A stretch of DNA of 64,000 bases from Eledone cirrhosa (Eukaryota): contig OZ024740.1 in NCBI GenBank assembly GCA_964016885.1, positions 378,324,001-378,388,000 on the forward strand. The letters are read 5' to 3'. The notes beneath the pieces are model-generated. The model was not told the origin of the DNA and made no database searches. It was given only the letters and a program-made list of their open reading frames with translations. The translations under genes were made by a program, and so were the position numbers. Below, in pieces: positions 40,879-50,866 of this stretch (positions within the stretch are counted from its first letter, which is position 1; every line of letters starts with the position of its first letter).

Positions 40879-41437
40879 TATATATATATAAATATATATA
40901 TATAAATATATATATATAAATATATATATATAGAGAGAAAGAGTTGAGATTTGGCATCAAATTGAGTTTATAAGTCACTGACCAGGCTATTGTTACAAGT
41001 TAAATTTAGTGTATTGACCAGGGATTGAATATTAAGTTACCATATTGCCATGCTACTGTTTGAAAAATAATTGCTCATTAAAAAAAAATGTATGTTTGTG
41101 TGTATGTATGTAATGTTTTTTTTATTAGAAAATTTTACCTTATTGATTTCAAAAAAGCTGATCAAAATGCTAGAAATATGATGGTTTCTCTGTGTTGACT
41201 CATGCACTTATTGCCTGTTATTCTAGTAGTTTACAATTCCTTCCTAGCAACACCAGATTAATTATTTGTTTGAATCAAACTCCTTTCTGTTGAAAGATTT
41301 GACCACTTTTATCAGACCATCATTCTCAATTTCCACTGTCTGTTTTAAAATTGAACATGCACTTATATTAAAATATACAATTTTATAAACATATAATATT
41401 CAAGATGGTTTCACTTTACATTATCATTCAAATATTG

Positions 41438-41623
41438 TTTCTACTTTTGGCACAAGGCCAGCAATCATTCCAGTGTATTACTGGTACTTTATTTTATCTC
41501 CTCCCGTAAGGATGAAAGGCCAAGTTAACCTCGGCGGGATTTGAACTCAGACCATAAAGGCCGTAGCTCTTTGCTGCAAAGCATGGCATCCGACCCTCTA
41601 CCAATACTGCCAATCCACTGCCC
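41438..41623 (-). mobile_element. SINE family 2, full length, 17-bp TSD
   Basis: TTATCATTCAAATATTG at 41421-41437 and 41624-41640. Confidence 0.9.
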
Positions 41624-41771
41624 TTATCATTCAAATATTGGTAGGAAAGATTTTGGCAAACAGAGTTACAAATACCTGTTGGAAATGCTTTAATTTATAT
41701 TTATACTATTAATGCCCTTGAAAAAGGTATAAATATGACAACTACCATTCTTACCCTTAAATGTAAGAATT

Positions 41772-41805
<34 letters not shown>

Positions 41806-41806
<1 letters not shown>

Positions 41807-42454
41807 GTTATTCCGGGTTGAATCGGAGGTAACCACAGTAAGTAAGGTACTCAATACATAGCAGAGTATAACAGTTTTAATATAGATGAGATTCTACAGG
41901 ACTAGAACTGTTTCATTCATTTGAAATCATCAGGAATCTGGGTATCAAAAAATAAATATGGTATTTATAGGTCTCTACAAGTGGTAGGAGAGGGTGGGGA
42001 GTGGGATGGGTGCAGGTCATTCAAAAGGGAATTCATTAAAAGCTAATTCTACAAAGCTATAGTTTATTTTTATTTTTATTTTTATTTATTTATGTTTTTA
42101 GAGTAACAAGGGCAGACAGAATTCTATAAACAGGTTCCGGATGGCCTACCATTCCTTGTCAATAAGTTTCTCTTAAGCTAACAGATGTCTATAAAATCAG
42201 TGGGGGGTTAGTCATAGTCAATAGAATTAAAGAAAACATAAATAAATAAAAATAAAAATAAAAATAAACTATAGCTTTGTAGAATTAGCTTTTAATGAAT
42301 TCCCTTTTGAATGACCTGCACCCATCCCACTCCCCACCCTCTCCTACCACTTGTAGAGACCTATAAATACCATATTTATTTTTTGATACCCAGATTCCTG
42401 ATGATTTCAAATGAATGAAACAGTTCTAGTCCTGTAGAATCTCATCTATATTAA

Positions 42455-42458
<4 letters not shown>
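41806..42458 (-). mobile_element. Penelope-type fold-back element 2 (226-bp inverted arms, 134-bp spacer, tail)
   Basis: 41873-42098 is the reverse complement of 42233-42458, with a hammerhead in each arm; tail 41806-41872 has TTGAGTAC on the minus strand; (TA)n on both sides. Confidence 0.8.
42392..42442 (+). ncRNA. Type I hammerhead ribozyme (mirror copy on minus strand, 41889-41939)
   Basis: Stem I AGATTC/GAATCT; CTGATGA 42398-42404; weak stem II (T)TTC-AAAT-GAA(T); GAAA 42417-42420; stem III ACAG/CTGT; cleavage after GUA (42436). Confidence 0.7.
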
Positions 42459-42487
<29 letters not shown>

Positions 42488-42488
<1 letters not shown>

Positions 42489-42653
42489 CGAAGGAAATGT
42501 GGTAAGGAACCAGGTGGACCATAACGCACCAAAGTACTCAATACTTGAGGTAGTAGAGTGGGTAATAGGAACCAGTAAGACCCCGACAGCTGAGCTCAAG
42601 CCGTTTCGTCGAAACGGCTTGAGCTCAGCTGTCGGGGTCTTACTGGTTCCTAT
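42488..42653 (-). mobile_element. Penelope-type fold-back element 3 (44-bp perfect hairpin with the 3' half of a hammerhead)
   Basis: 42565-42608 is the reverse complement of 42610-42653. GAAACGGC..GCTGTC gives GAAA, stem III and GUC. Tail has TTGAGTAC (minus, 42534-42541); (TA)n flanks. Confidence 0.7.
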
Positions 42654-42672
42654 ATATATATATATATATATA

Positions 42673-42791
42673 TTTATTAAAATAACAGATTAAAGTTTAA
42701 GCAAAGAATCGTTGCTTTCACCCTAAAGTAATAATAATAAATTTGAAGACTAAAATCCTCTTTGGATTTTAGTCTTCAAATTTATTATTAT

Positions 42792-42795
<4 letters not shown>
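42673..42795. repeat. 32-bp-arm hairpin element between (TA)n tracts
   Basis: 42727-42758 is the reverse complement of 42764-42795 (loop TCTTT); shares TTTAAGCAAAGAA..GCTTTC and AAGA.YAAAATCC with 50348-50485. Confidence 0.7.
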
Positions 42796-42845
<50 letters not shown>

Positions 42846-43598
42846 AATTATTATCATTCAAATCTGATTTAAATGATCTTACATGAAGAAACATTAATTT
42901 TAGTATTATATTTCAATTAATATATATTATAGCATATTATATATTCGAGTTGTATTTCATTTTATGTGGAAAAAAAAAGACATGAGGGTGGGTGCTCATT
43001 TAGTCAGAAAAATAAAGTAGTTTATAGGATGGTCAATGAAGAGTTTGAAATGCTGGAAGTTACGGCACTTCTTGAAACACTTATGATGTAAGATTTCCAC
43101 AGAGCCATTCTTTGAATGAGTATGAGTAGTGTGAAGTAGACAAGTAGTTGCAATGTGTGGAATTGAGTAGAGGCAATGAATAGTCAGTAATTTCTGAAGA
43201 ACAGGCTTTGCTATAGTTGTAGTAGAAGAGATATCCTGATCTCCATTGATTGTTTTGCTTAAAGCTTCATGTCTACATGAGAATACATATTCAAATATCT
43301 GGATAAAAGGAGAATAAAATTAACTACTTTTATATTCCTTTGACAATTTTTGAATCCATATAATTAACGAAAGATGTCTAAATAGTACATATATTAAATA
43401 TTTTCTTACAAGTGCAATTTTCTTAATGAATTTATAATTTGGTTAATCTCTGGAGTTTCATTTGGATAAGATTGTCTATTCCATTTGATCTTAGTACTAA
43501 ACATTAGTTTCACAGTGCTCTATCACCAAATAATTTTCTTTTTATTGTTACCCACTTTGCTGCCAGATAAGTTTACAAAGAAACATTTTATGCTTTAT

Positions 43599-43620
43599 CC
43601 AGTGCGCAGCACTGGGCTAG
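43599..43620 (+). other. Helitron-like terminal hairpin plus CTAG
   Basis: CCAGTGC-GCA-GCACTGG perfect 7-bp stem, then GCTAG|T. Confidence 0.4.
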
Positions 43621-43875
43621 TAGTAGGTATAAACTTATAATTTTAAACTGACATCTTACCTACTCAGCCATTGAGACTCCTTACAAAAATTAACTAAACA
43701 GCATGTCATTTTTGCAACAACAATATAAATAAAGAGTAAGATTTTCTTTACTCTGTTTTTCTTATTTATTTTCATCTTTATATCTTGCTCTTATATTTTT
43801 TCACATTTCAAAATTTTAGATGATTAGCTCTTAGAGAAATGTTATACAAATAACAAATATCAGAATTTGCACCTT

Positions 43876-46212
43876 TCATCATCATCATCATCATCATCAT
43901 CACCGTTTTACGTCCGTTCTTCAACGCTAGCATGGGTTAGACGGGTTTTCCTGTTTTGGGCAGTGTCTGGTCGGCTGACCATGCCTTGCTCATACAGGAA
44001 CTGATTTGGCTTGATTTCTACAGCTGGATGCCCTTCCCAACACCAACCTCATTTACAGTGAGTGCTGGGTGCTTTTTCATGGTGCCTACACATCCACTTT
44101 ACAGTGTGGGCTGGGTGCTTTTTTGCCGTGGCACCTCCACGACCACCTTGCGGTGGGGGGTGTGGGGGCATATTGTCTATATGCTTCAGCTTGTACCCAT
44201 GGGAGGTCGGGTACTCTGCATTACTGCGTGACGCCAGAGGTCACGGTCGTGTGTCATTGCCTTTGAGAGGTGTAATTGGGTAAGGTTGGCTTTTATCACT
44301 TCATCCCAGATTCTCTTGGGTCTCCCCACTCCGCGGTTTCCATCGACTTCTAGTGCTCTGCACCTTTTTATGCAGCTGTCATCCTTCATACGCATCACAT
44401 GTCCATACCAGCGCAACCGCATCTCCTGCACACAGCATTTGATTCCTCTTATGCTCAGTCTCTCTCTCAATTCATTTATGCTTTGTCGTTCACGTATATT
44501 ACTGTTACACATCCATCGGAGCATGCAGGCTTCGTTTTTCTCTAATCTACGTAAGTCTTCCACCTTCAGCGCCCAGGTCTCACTACCATGCAAAATTGCT
44601 GTTCGGATACACGCATCATACAGTCTGCCTTTCATTCTGAGGGAGAAGCCTTTTGCAGCTAGCAGTGGTAGTAGTTTCCTAAACTTCTTCCATCCCGTTC
44701 TTACCCTAGTTATTGTACTTTCTGAACACCCACCTCCGCTGCTAATTCGGTCACCTAGGTAGCAGAAGCTGTCTACTGTTTCTACAGAGCCCTCCCAGAG
44801 ATTGGTGGTACTTGTTTCCTGTGGCTGTTTGCTGCTTACTGTCCCAGCACAGCTGCTGCATGTGAAGCCTACATTCTTGATTAAGCTTCCTGAGATCCCA
44901 CTACATCTCTTGTGTACCCATTGTTTGCATTTGGGGCAGAGAATGGAGTTCTTACCTACACCTTTCCTACATACTGAGCAAGGCCATTTCCCTGAGGGGA
45001 TCTGGGTTCTGTTTTCTCGTCTACTTACAAGGACCTTAGTCTTTGTAATGTTGACTTTGAGACCCTTTCTTTCTAGTCCTTGCTTCCAAGTTTGGAATTT
45101 ATTCTCTAGTTCTACCATAGATTCAGCTATGAGTGCGAGGTCATCAGCATACAGGAGTTCCCATGGGCATCCGGTCTTAAACTCCTCCGTTATTGCTTGC
45201 AAGACTATGATGAACAGGAGGGGGCTAAGAACAGAGCCCTGGTGGACCCCAACCTGTACGCTAAATTCCTCGCTATACTCATTGCTAATCCTAACTTTGC
45301 TGACTGCTCCCCTATACATGGCTTGTACCGCTTTCACAAGCCATTCATCTACTCCTAGTTTTCTAAGAGCCCACCAGATTACAGCACGTGGAACTCTGTC
45401 AAAGGCTTTCTCAAGGTCGACAAATGCCAAGTAGAGTGGCTTACTATTAGCTAGGTACTTTTCCTGTAACTGCCTCACAAGGAAGAGGGCATCAGTGGTG
45501 CCTCTTCCTGGTACAAACCCAAATTGCATCTCGTCTATTTTCACCCGGTCCCTAATCAACTGTGCTATAACTCTTTCTGTTACTTTCATGACCTGGTCCA
45601 TCAACTTTATACCTCTATAGTTTCCTCTATCTAGTGCATCACCCTTACCTTTGTAGCAGTTGACAATGATGCTACTGCACCAATCTTTTGGTATGACCCC
45701 TTCTAGTATTACCTGGTTAACAATACGTGTGGATATAGTGTGACCTACAGACCCAGATGCCTTCAGCATCTTGGCAGCTATACCCGATGGACCGGTTGCC
45801 TTCCCCATCTTCATATCTTTGATTGCCTTACTTACTACGTTGCTGCTGACTTGTACTGCTGGCCCCTCTATAGGGTCTACTTGGGGTAGGGTCTCTTCTT
45901 CCCATGCATTCTCCTCATTTAGTAATCTATCATAATGACTCTTCCATGCATCTTTCTTCTCAGCACTTGTGAGGGCAAGCCCACCTTTATCATTCCAGAT
46001 ACACTTCTCTCCAATGACATCACACCTATCTCTGACACACTGCCTCGCAATCTTGAACACCTCCTGTTTCTGGTCCTCACGTTGCAAAACATGCTTGAAT
46101 TTTCTATCCTCTGCTTCCCTCCTAGCTAAGTATACTTGTCGCCTAGCTTCCCTCTTGGTCTCTATGTAATGTACCCTGCTCCCCCCGTTCTTCCATTCTT
46201 TCCATGCCTGTC
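43876..46212 (-). mobile_element. RTE family A LINE, 5'-truncated, with uninterrupted RT frame
   Basis: ORF 44186-46212 is near-identical to the 31139 copy, with intact YADD and a complete C4HC3 insert; (CAT)n tail at 43876-43902. Confidence 0.95.
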
Positions 46213-46329
46213 CTTTGTAGAAATAAAACTTTAAATGCCATTTTACTTTCAGTGTTAGAAGTATATCTTGTGTATGAAGAACCACAAGATAAATATGACA
46301 CTTCCTAAAATATCCAAACAACAGGATTG

Positions 46330-47290
46330 TAAGAAATGGGGTTAACAGAGGTTAACAAGTAATAATAGACTAGACAGGAAGCAAGAACATAGATTTATTT
46401 AGCATGAAAAGAAGCTGAGTAAGAAGAAGTTTAGCAAAGTATTTTGTGGTGAGAATGAGGAGCAAAAACTATTCCAATTTGCTAGGCAGTGGCTTCATTT
46501 GAACTAAGATTAAATAAAGATTCTGAAATGATACTTGTGTGTTGTACTCAGTGCCAGTGAAAAGTAAGAGTCATGTTAGTGTTATTTTGAGATATTATTA
46601 AATGACTGGATTGTGAAAATAAGATGATGATGGCAGGGAGAACTGCTAGTTATCAGGTATGCAGAGAAAATGAAAGAAGCAGCCCATGTAGGCATCATGC
46701 CATTCTCTTATATAATTAATCATGTTGTACAGGAAAATTGCTATAGAACTATCATTTATAAACTATTACAAGAGCAAAGAAGATGTGCTGGAGAGGCACA
46801 GTTATTGTGGACCAAAGTAGGAAAGTAACTAAGATAGTCTTAAAGAAATTAGAACAGGATATGCTTAAATTTGATAAGATATGGCTTGATTTTGTATCAG
46901 TAGGAGAAACTGCAATGCCTTCTTTCTAGTGAGACTCTCTTTATCATTTGTATATTAGAAGAAAACTTTTGACATTGTTCAATATGAGATTTAAGATAAA
47001 ATGTTAAAGACATATATGATGGTGCTGCAAGTAAAGTAATAGTTGACAAAATGTTTTCTAAAGAATTTAATGTACAGGTAGGTGTTCACTATGCAAAGGC
47101 CAGAAAGATATGAATCGAGGATGCCTTGATGAATGTGTAATGTTACCGTGCATAAGTCACATAGCATAAGCAAACTGAGAGAAAAGCTTGTCATAAAAGG
47201 AATTGGATGTAGTGTGCAAGAGAGAAGACTGTGTTGGACATGTGAGGCATATGGAAGATAGCAGCTACATAAGAAATGCATAAAAAATCA
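46330..47290 (+). mobile_element. Highly degenerate RTE remnant
   Basis: Decayed similarity to RTE linker and C-terminal segments (47090-47280 matches the MLRWMCN..ERRLRW region). Confidence 0.5.
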
Positions 47291-47667
47291 CACCACACTT
47301 GCCATAACTTCACTTATCTTCCTATCACCCCCCCCCACTGAGTTGTGAGGGCACTTCTGTTTTGACAAGGACCAACCCAGTACACCCGATAAGGTGGTTG
47401 GGAACAGGAAGGGCTCCCCACAGTAGAAACCATGTGTAAAAATTAAGTTGAGAGGACACATCAGTCATGTCCAGGATATGATAGCCTCCCTAGTGTTGGT
47501 AATCTACACGATAAACACACTCTGTACCCGCTGTAAAGTGGTTAGTGATAGGAAGGGCATCCAGCCATAGTAACTTCACCAAAAAAAGGGTTGGGAGGAC
47601 TTTTAGTTGTTTCATGATGTATATGTGAGTGTGTATGTATGTTTGTACGTATGTATATATTGGGTAT

Positions 47668-48990
47668 ATCATCATCATCAGCATCATCATTTTATGTCTG
47701 CTTTTCCCTGCTTGCAAGGGTGGGACAGGTCTTATTAAGCACGGCATCTCTCCATTCATCACGGTCCTTTGTCATCTCCGTGAGGTTCAGCGATCTGAGG
47801 TCTGCTCTCACCACCTCCGCCTATGTTTTTCGTGGTCTTCCTCTACTGCGTCTTCCTTCTACTGGGATTTCTTGGCACTTCTTTACCCAGCGGTCATCCT
47901 CCATGCGCATCACATGTCCATACCATTGCAGTCTTCTCTCCCGCACACTACAACTTATTCCTCTTATACACAGTTTCTCTCTCAACTCATCTATGCTTGG
48001 TCGTTCATGCACATTGACATTGCACATCCAACGGAGCATGCTTGCTTCGTTTCTCTCCGGCCGTCGCATATCCTCTGCAGTTGCTGCCCATGTCTCACTA
48101 CCATGCAGCATCGCGCATCTCACACAAGCATCATATAACTGGCTTTTCATTCATAGGGAGAAACCCTGCTTTGTCAACAGAGGAAGCAGCTCCCTAAATT
48201 TCTTCCAACCCGTCCTTATTCTAGATACTATGGCCTCGGAGCACCCTCCTCCCTTACTAATCTGATCATCTAGGTATCGGAAGCTAACAACCACCTCTAT
48301 AGGTCCTACCCACATTTGAAAAATGTGTCTATCACTGCGACTTCTACTGTCAAATTTCCCTGTACATCTACTGCATATGTAGTTTTCCCTACCTGTTAGT
48401 TTTCCTGCTATCCCACTACATCTCTTGTGTACCCAAGATCTGCATTGTGTACATTTTATAGAATTTATGCTAACTCCTTTCCTACATATTGAACATGGCC
48501 ATTTCCTTGATGGAATCAGAGTTTTGTCCTCTTTCCTACCTATCGACACCTTTATCTTAGCTAGGTTTACTCCCAGTTCTCTTGATTTCAACTGCTGTTT
48601 CCATAGCCAGAATTTATTCTCTAGCTCCTCTACTGATTCCACTATAAGTACCAGATCATCAGCATAGAGAAGTTCCCATGGGCAGCCAGTCTTCAACTCC
48701 TCTGTTATGGTTTGGAGGACTACAATGAACAAGTGTGGACTGAGGACTGAACTCTGATGTACTCCTACTTGTATCTGGAATTCCTCAATAAACTCCATTC
48801 CTACTCTCACTTTACTGACAGCACCCCTGTACATAGCTTGCATTGTCCTCACAAGCCATTCCTCAACACCTAGTTTCCTTAGGGACCACCAGATGACAGA
48901 TCGGGCTACTCTATCAAAGGCCTTCTCAAGGTCAACAAAAGATAAGTATAGTAGCTTATTCATCTCTAAGAACCTCTCTTGTACTTGTCT
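47668..48990 (-). mobile_element. RTE family C LINE, 5'-truncated, very short 3'UTR
   Basis: ORFs 48151-48963 and 47821-48150 (FVDLEKAFDRV, LYADD, WPCSIC..CTQC..H..C..CSRC); 5' end abuts (TA)n. Confidence 0.9.
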
Positions 48991-49005
48991 TTATATATAT
49001 ATATA

Positions 49006-49391
49006 TATATAATAAGAACAAAGTGGAGATGTTACATATGAGATTTATTGCTCAACCTGGTTACAAATGTTTCCCAGGCAGCCAGCTCATGATCTGGGAT
49101 GGCACACTCAGACCAGACTCCAAGTCTGCCTGATCCTCAGACCAGTGTTAACACAACAAAAATCACATCAATTCTGAAGATGAACCTGTGGTTCAAGCAG
49201 ACTTGGAGTCTGGTCTGGGGGTGCCATCCCAGATCATGAGCCAGCTGCTTGGGAAACATTTGTAACTGGGTTGAGCAATAAATCTTATATGTAACACCTC
49301 CACTTTGTTCTTATTATATACATCCTGCCCTGCATCGAGTGCTGACATTAGTACTCTCACTAGTTTTCTTCGGACTTACTGAACCTTTTGC
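49006..49391 (+). mobile_element. Penelope-type fold-back element 4 (128-bp imperfect inverted arms plus tail)
   Basis: 49006-49133 versus 49193-49320 inverted, with mostly CpG-type mismatches; tail has TCGAGTGC at 49335-49342; TA/CA repeat flanks. Confidence 0.8.
49057..49145 (-). ncRNA. Type I hammerhead ribozyme
   Basis: Minus strand CTGGT-CTGAGGA-TCAGGCAG..CTGCCTGG-GAAACA-TT-TGTA-ACCAG; all three stems pair; cleavage after GUA. Confidence 0.8.
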
Positions 49392-49443
49392 ACACACATA
49401 TATATTATTATTAGTACACACACACACATATATGTATATATAT

Positions 49444-49791
49444 ATCATCCTCATTTCATCATCATTTCATTTTACGTCCGCTTTTCCCTGCTTGCAAGGG
49501 TGGGACGGGAACTGATTCTGGCTTATTTCTACAGCTGGATGCCCTTCCTAACACCAACCTCATTTACAGTGAGTGCTGGGTGCTTTTTTGCCTTGGCACC
49601 TACACGACCACTTTGCAGTGGAATGATAGGGACTCCAGTCCCTATCATCTCATTTCTACAGCTGAGTAAACTGGAGCAATGTGAAATAAAGTGTCTTGAT
49701 CAAGGAAACAACACATCACCCAGTCTGAGAATTGAACTCACAACCTTTCGATTGCAAGGCCAATGCTCTAACCACTAAGCCATGTGCCTCC
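49444..49791 (-). mobile_element. SINE family 1
   Basis: Reverse complement of the 22438 copy; between TA tracts. Confidence 0.9.
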
Positions 49792-49814
49792 ATATGATAT
49801 ATATATATATATAT

Positions 49815-50326
49815 AAAACCGCCATGATTATTGACATATGAACGGTTTTTCGCCATATGCACCTTTTTAAAATGTGAACAATCTTTATCCAGGTATCGCT
49901 TTTATTGTAGGATCTTCTCTTTGGTGATATGTATATATTTTTTTGAATTAATGTTTATATCTTTATTTTTGGCTCTGATGAGGGCGCTGAATCTAGTATT
50001 AATCTTCACTGTATGTTTATCGATTTTCGGATCAGTAATCATTAACTTCATGTACAAATTAATCATTCAGCTTCCGAAACAAGTGGTCGGCCAGTAAATA
50101 TACGTATTCAAAAATTTGATGTTGTTTTCTCTGATATTTAATACATGTTTTTTAGTTCTGCATATAAGAATTTTGCTAGACATATTTTCTATGAATTACT
50201 CACTTTTTTTGCCTGTCTTGAAAACTATACGAATCGAGCACACTAACCCTCTCTCTACTGGCTTGTAATTTTCTTAGCTAATTACTTTCTTCTCCTCTTT
50301 AATTTGTTTGCCTGCTTAATATTTTA
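49815..50326 (+). mobile_element. Penelope-type hammerhead element 5 (no inverted arm)
   Basis: Bounded by (TA)n; contains a hammerhead; TCGAGCAC at 50234-50241. Confidence 0.7.
49970..50093 (+). ncRNA. Type I hammerhead ribozyme with long stem II
   Basis: Stem I TGGCT/GGCCA; CTGATGA 49975-49981; stem II GGGcGCTGAAT..ATTCAGCtTCC; GAAAC 50076-50080; GTC 50086-50088. Confidence 0.75.
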
Positions 50327-50800
50327 TATATATATATATATATATATAGTAATAGTAAATACAAAGATCAAAATCCGAAGAGGGCTTGATAAGGATTGTA
50401 TAAATAAGTATATATAAACCTGTAGAGCAAATATTTATTATTAGTACAAATTTAAGCAAAGAAGTTCTGCTTTCTTCTGAAACACACATATATATATTGG
50501 GTATCACTATCATCATCATCATCATCGTTTAATGTCCATTTTCCACACTAGCATGGCTTAGATGGTTTTGTTCCATTTGATGGAGGAATGGTCAGGAGAC
50601 CGTGTCTCGCTCGTACAGAATATATATGTGTGTATGTGTGTGTATATATATGTATATGTGTGTGTATATATGTATATGTGTGTATATATATATGTATATG
50701 TGTGTATATATATATGTATATGTGTGTGTATATATGTATATGTGTGTGTATATATATGTGTGTGTATGTGTGTGTATATATATATATATATGTATATACA

Positions 50801-50832
<32 letters not shown>

Positions 50833-50866
50833 CGTGTGTGTGTGTATATATATGTATATACGTGTG

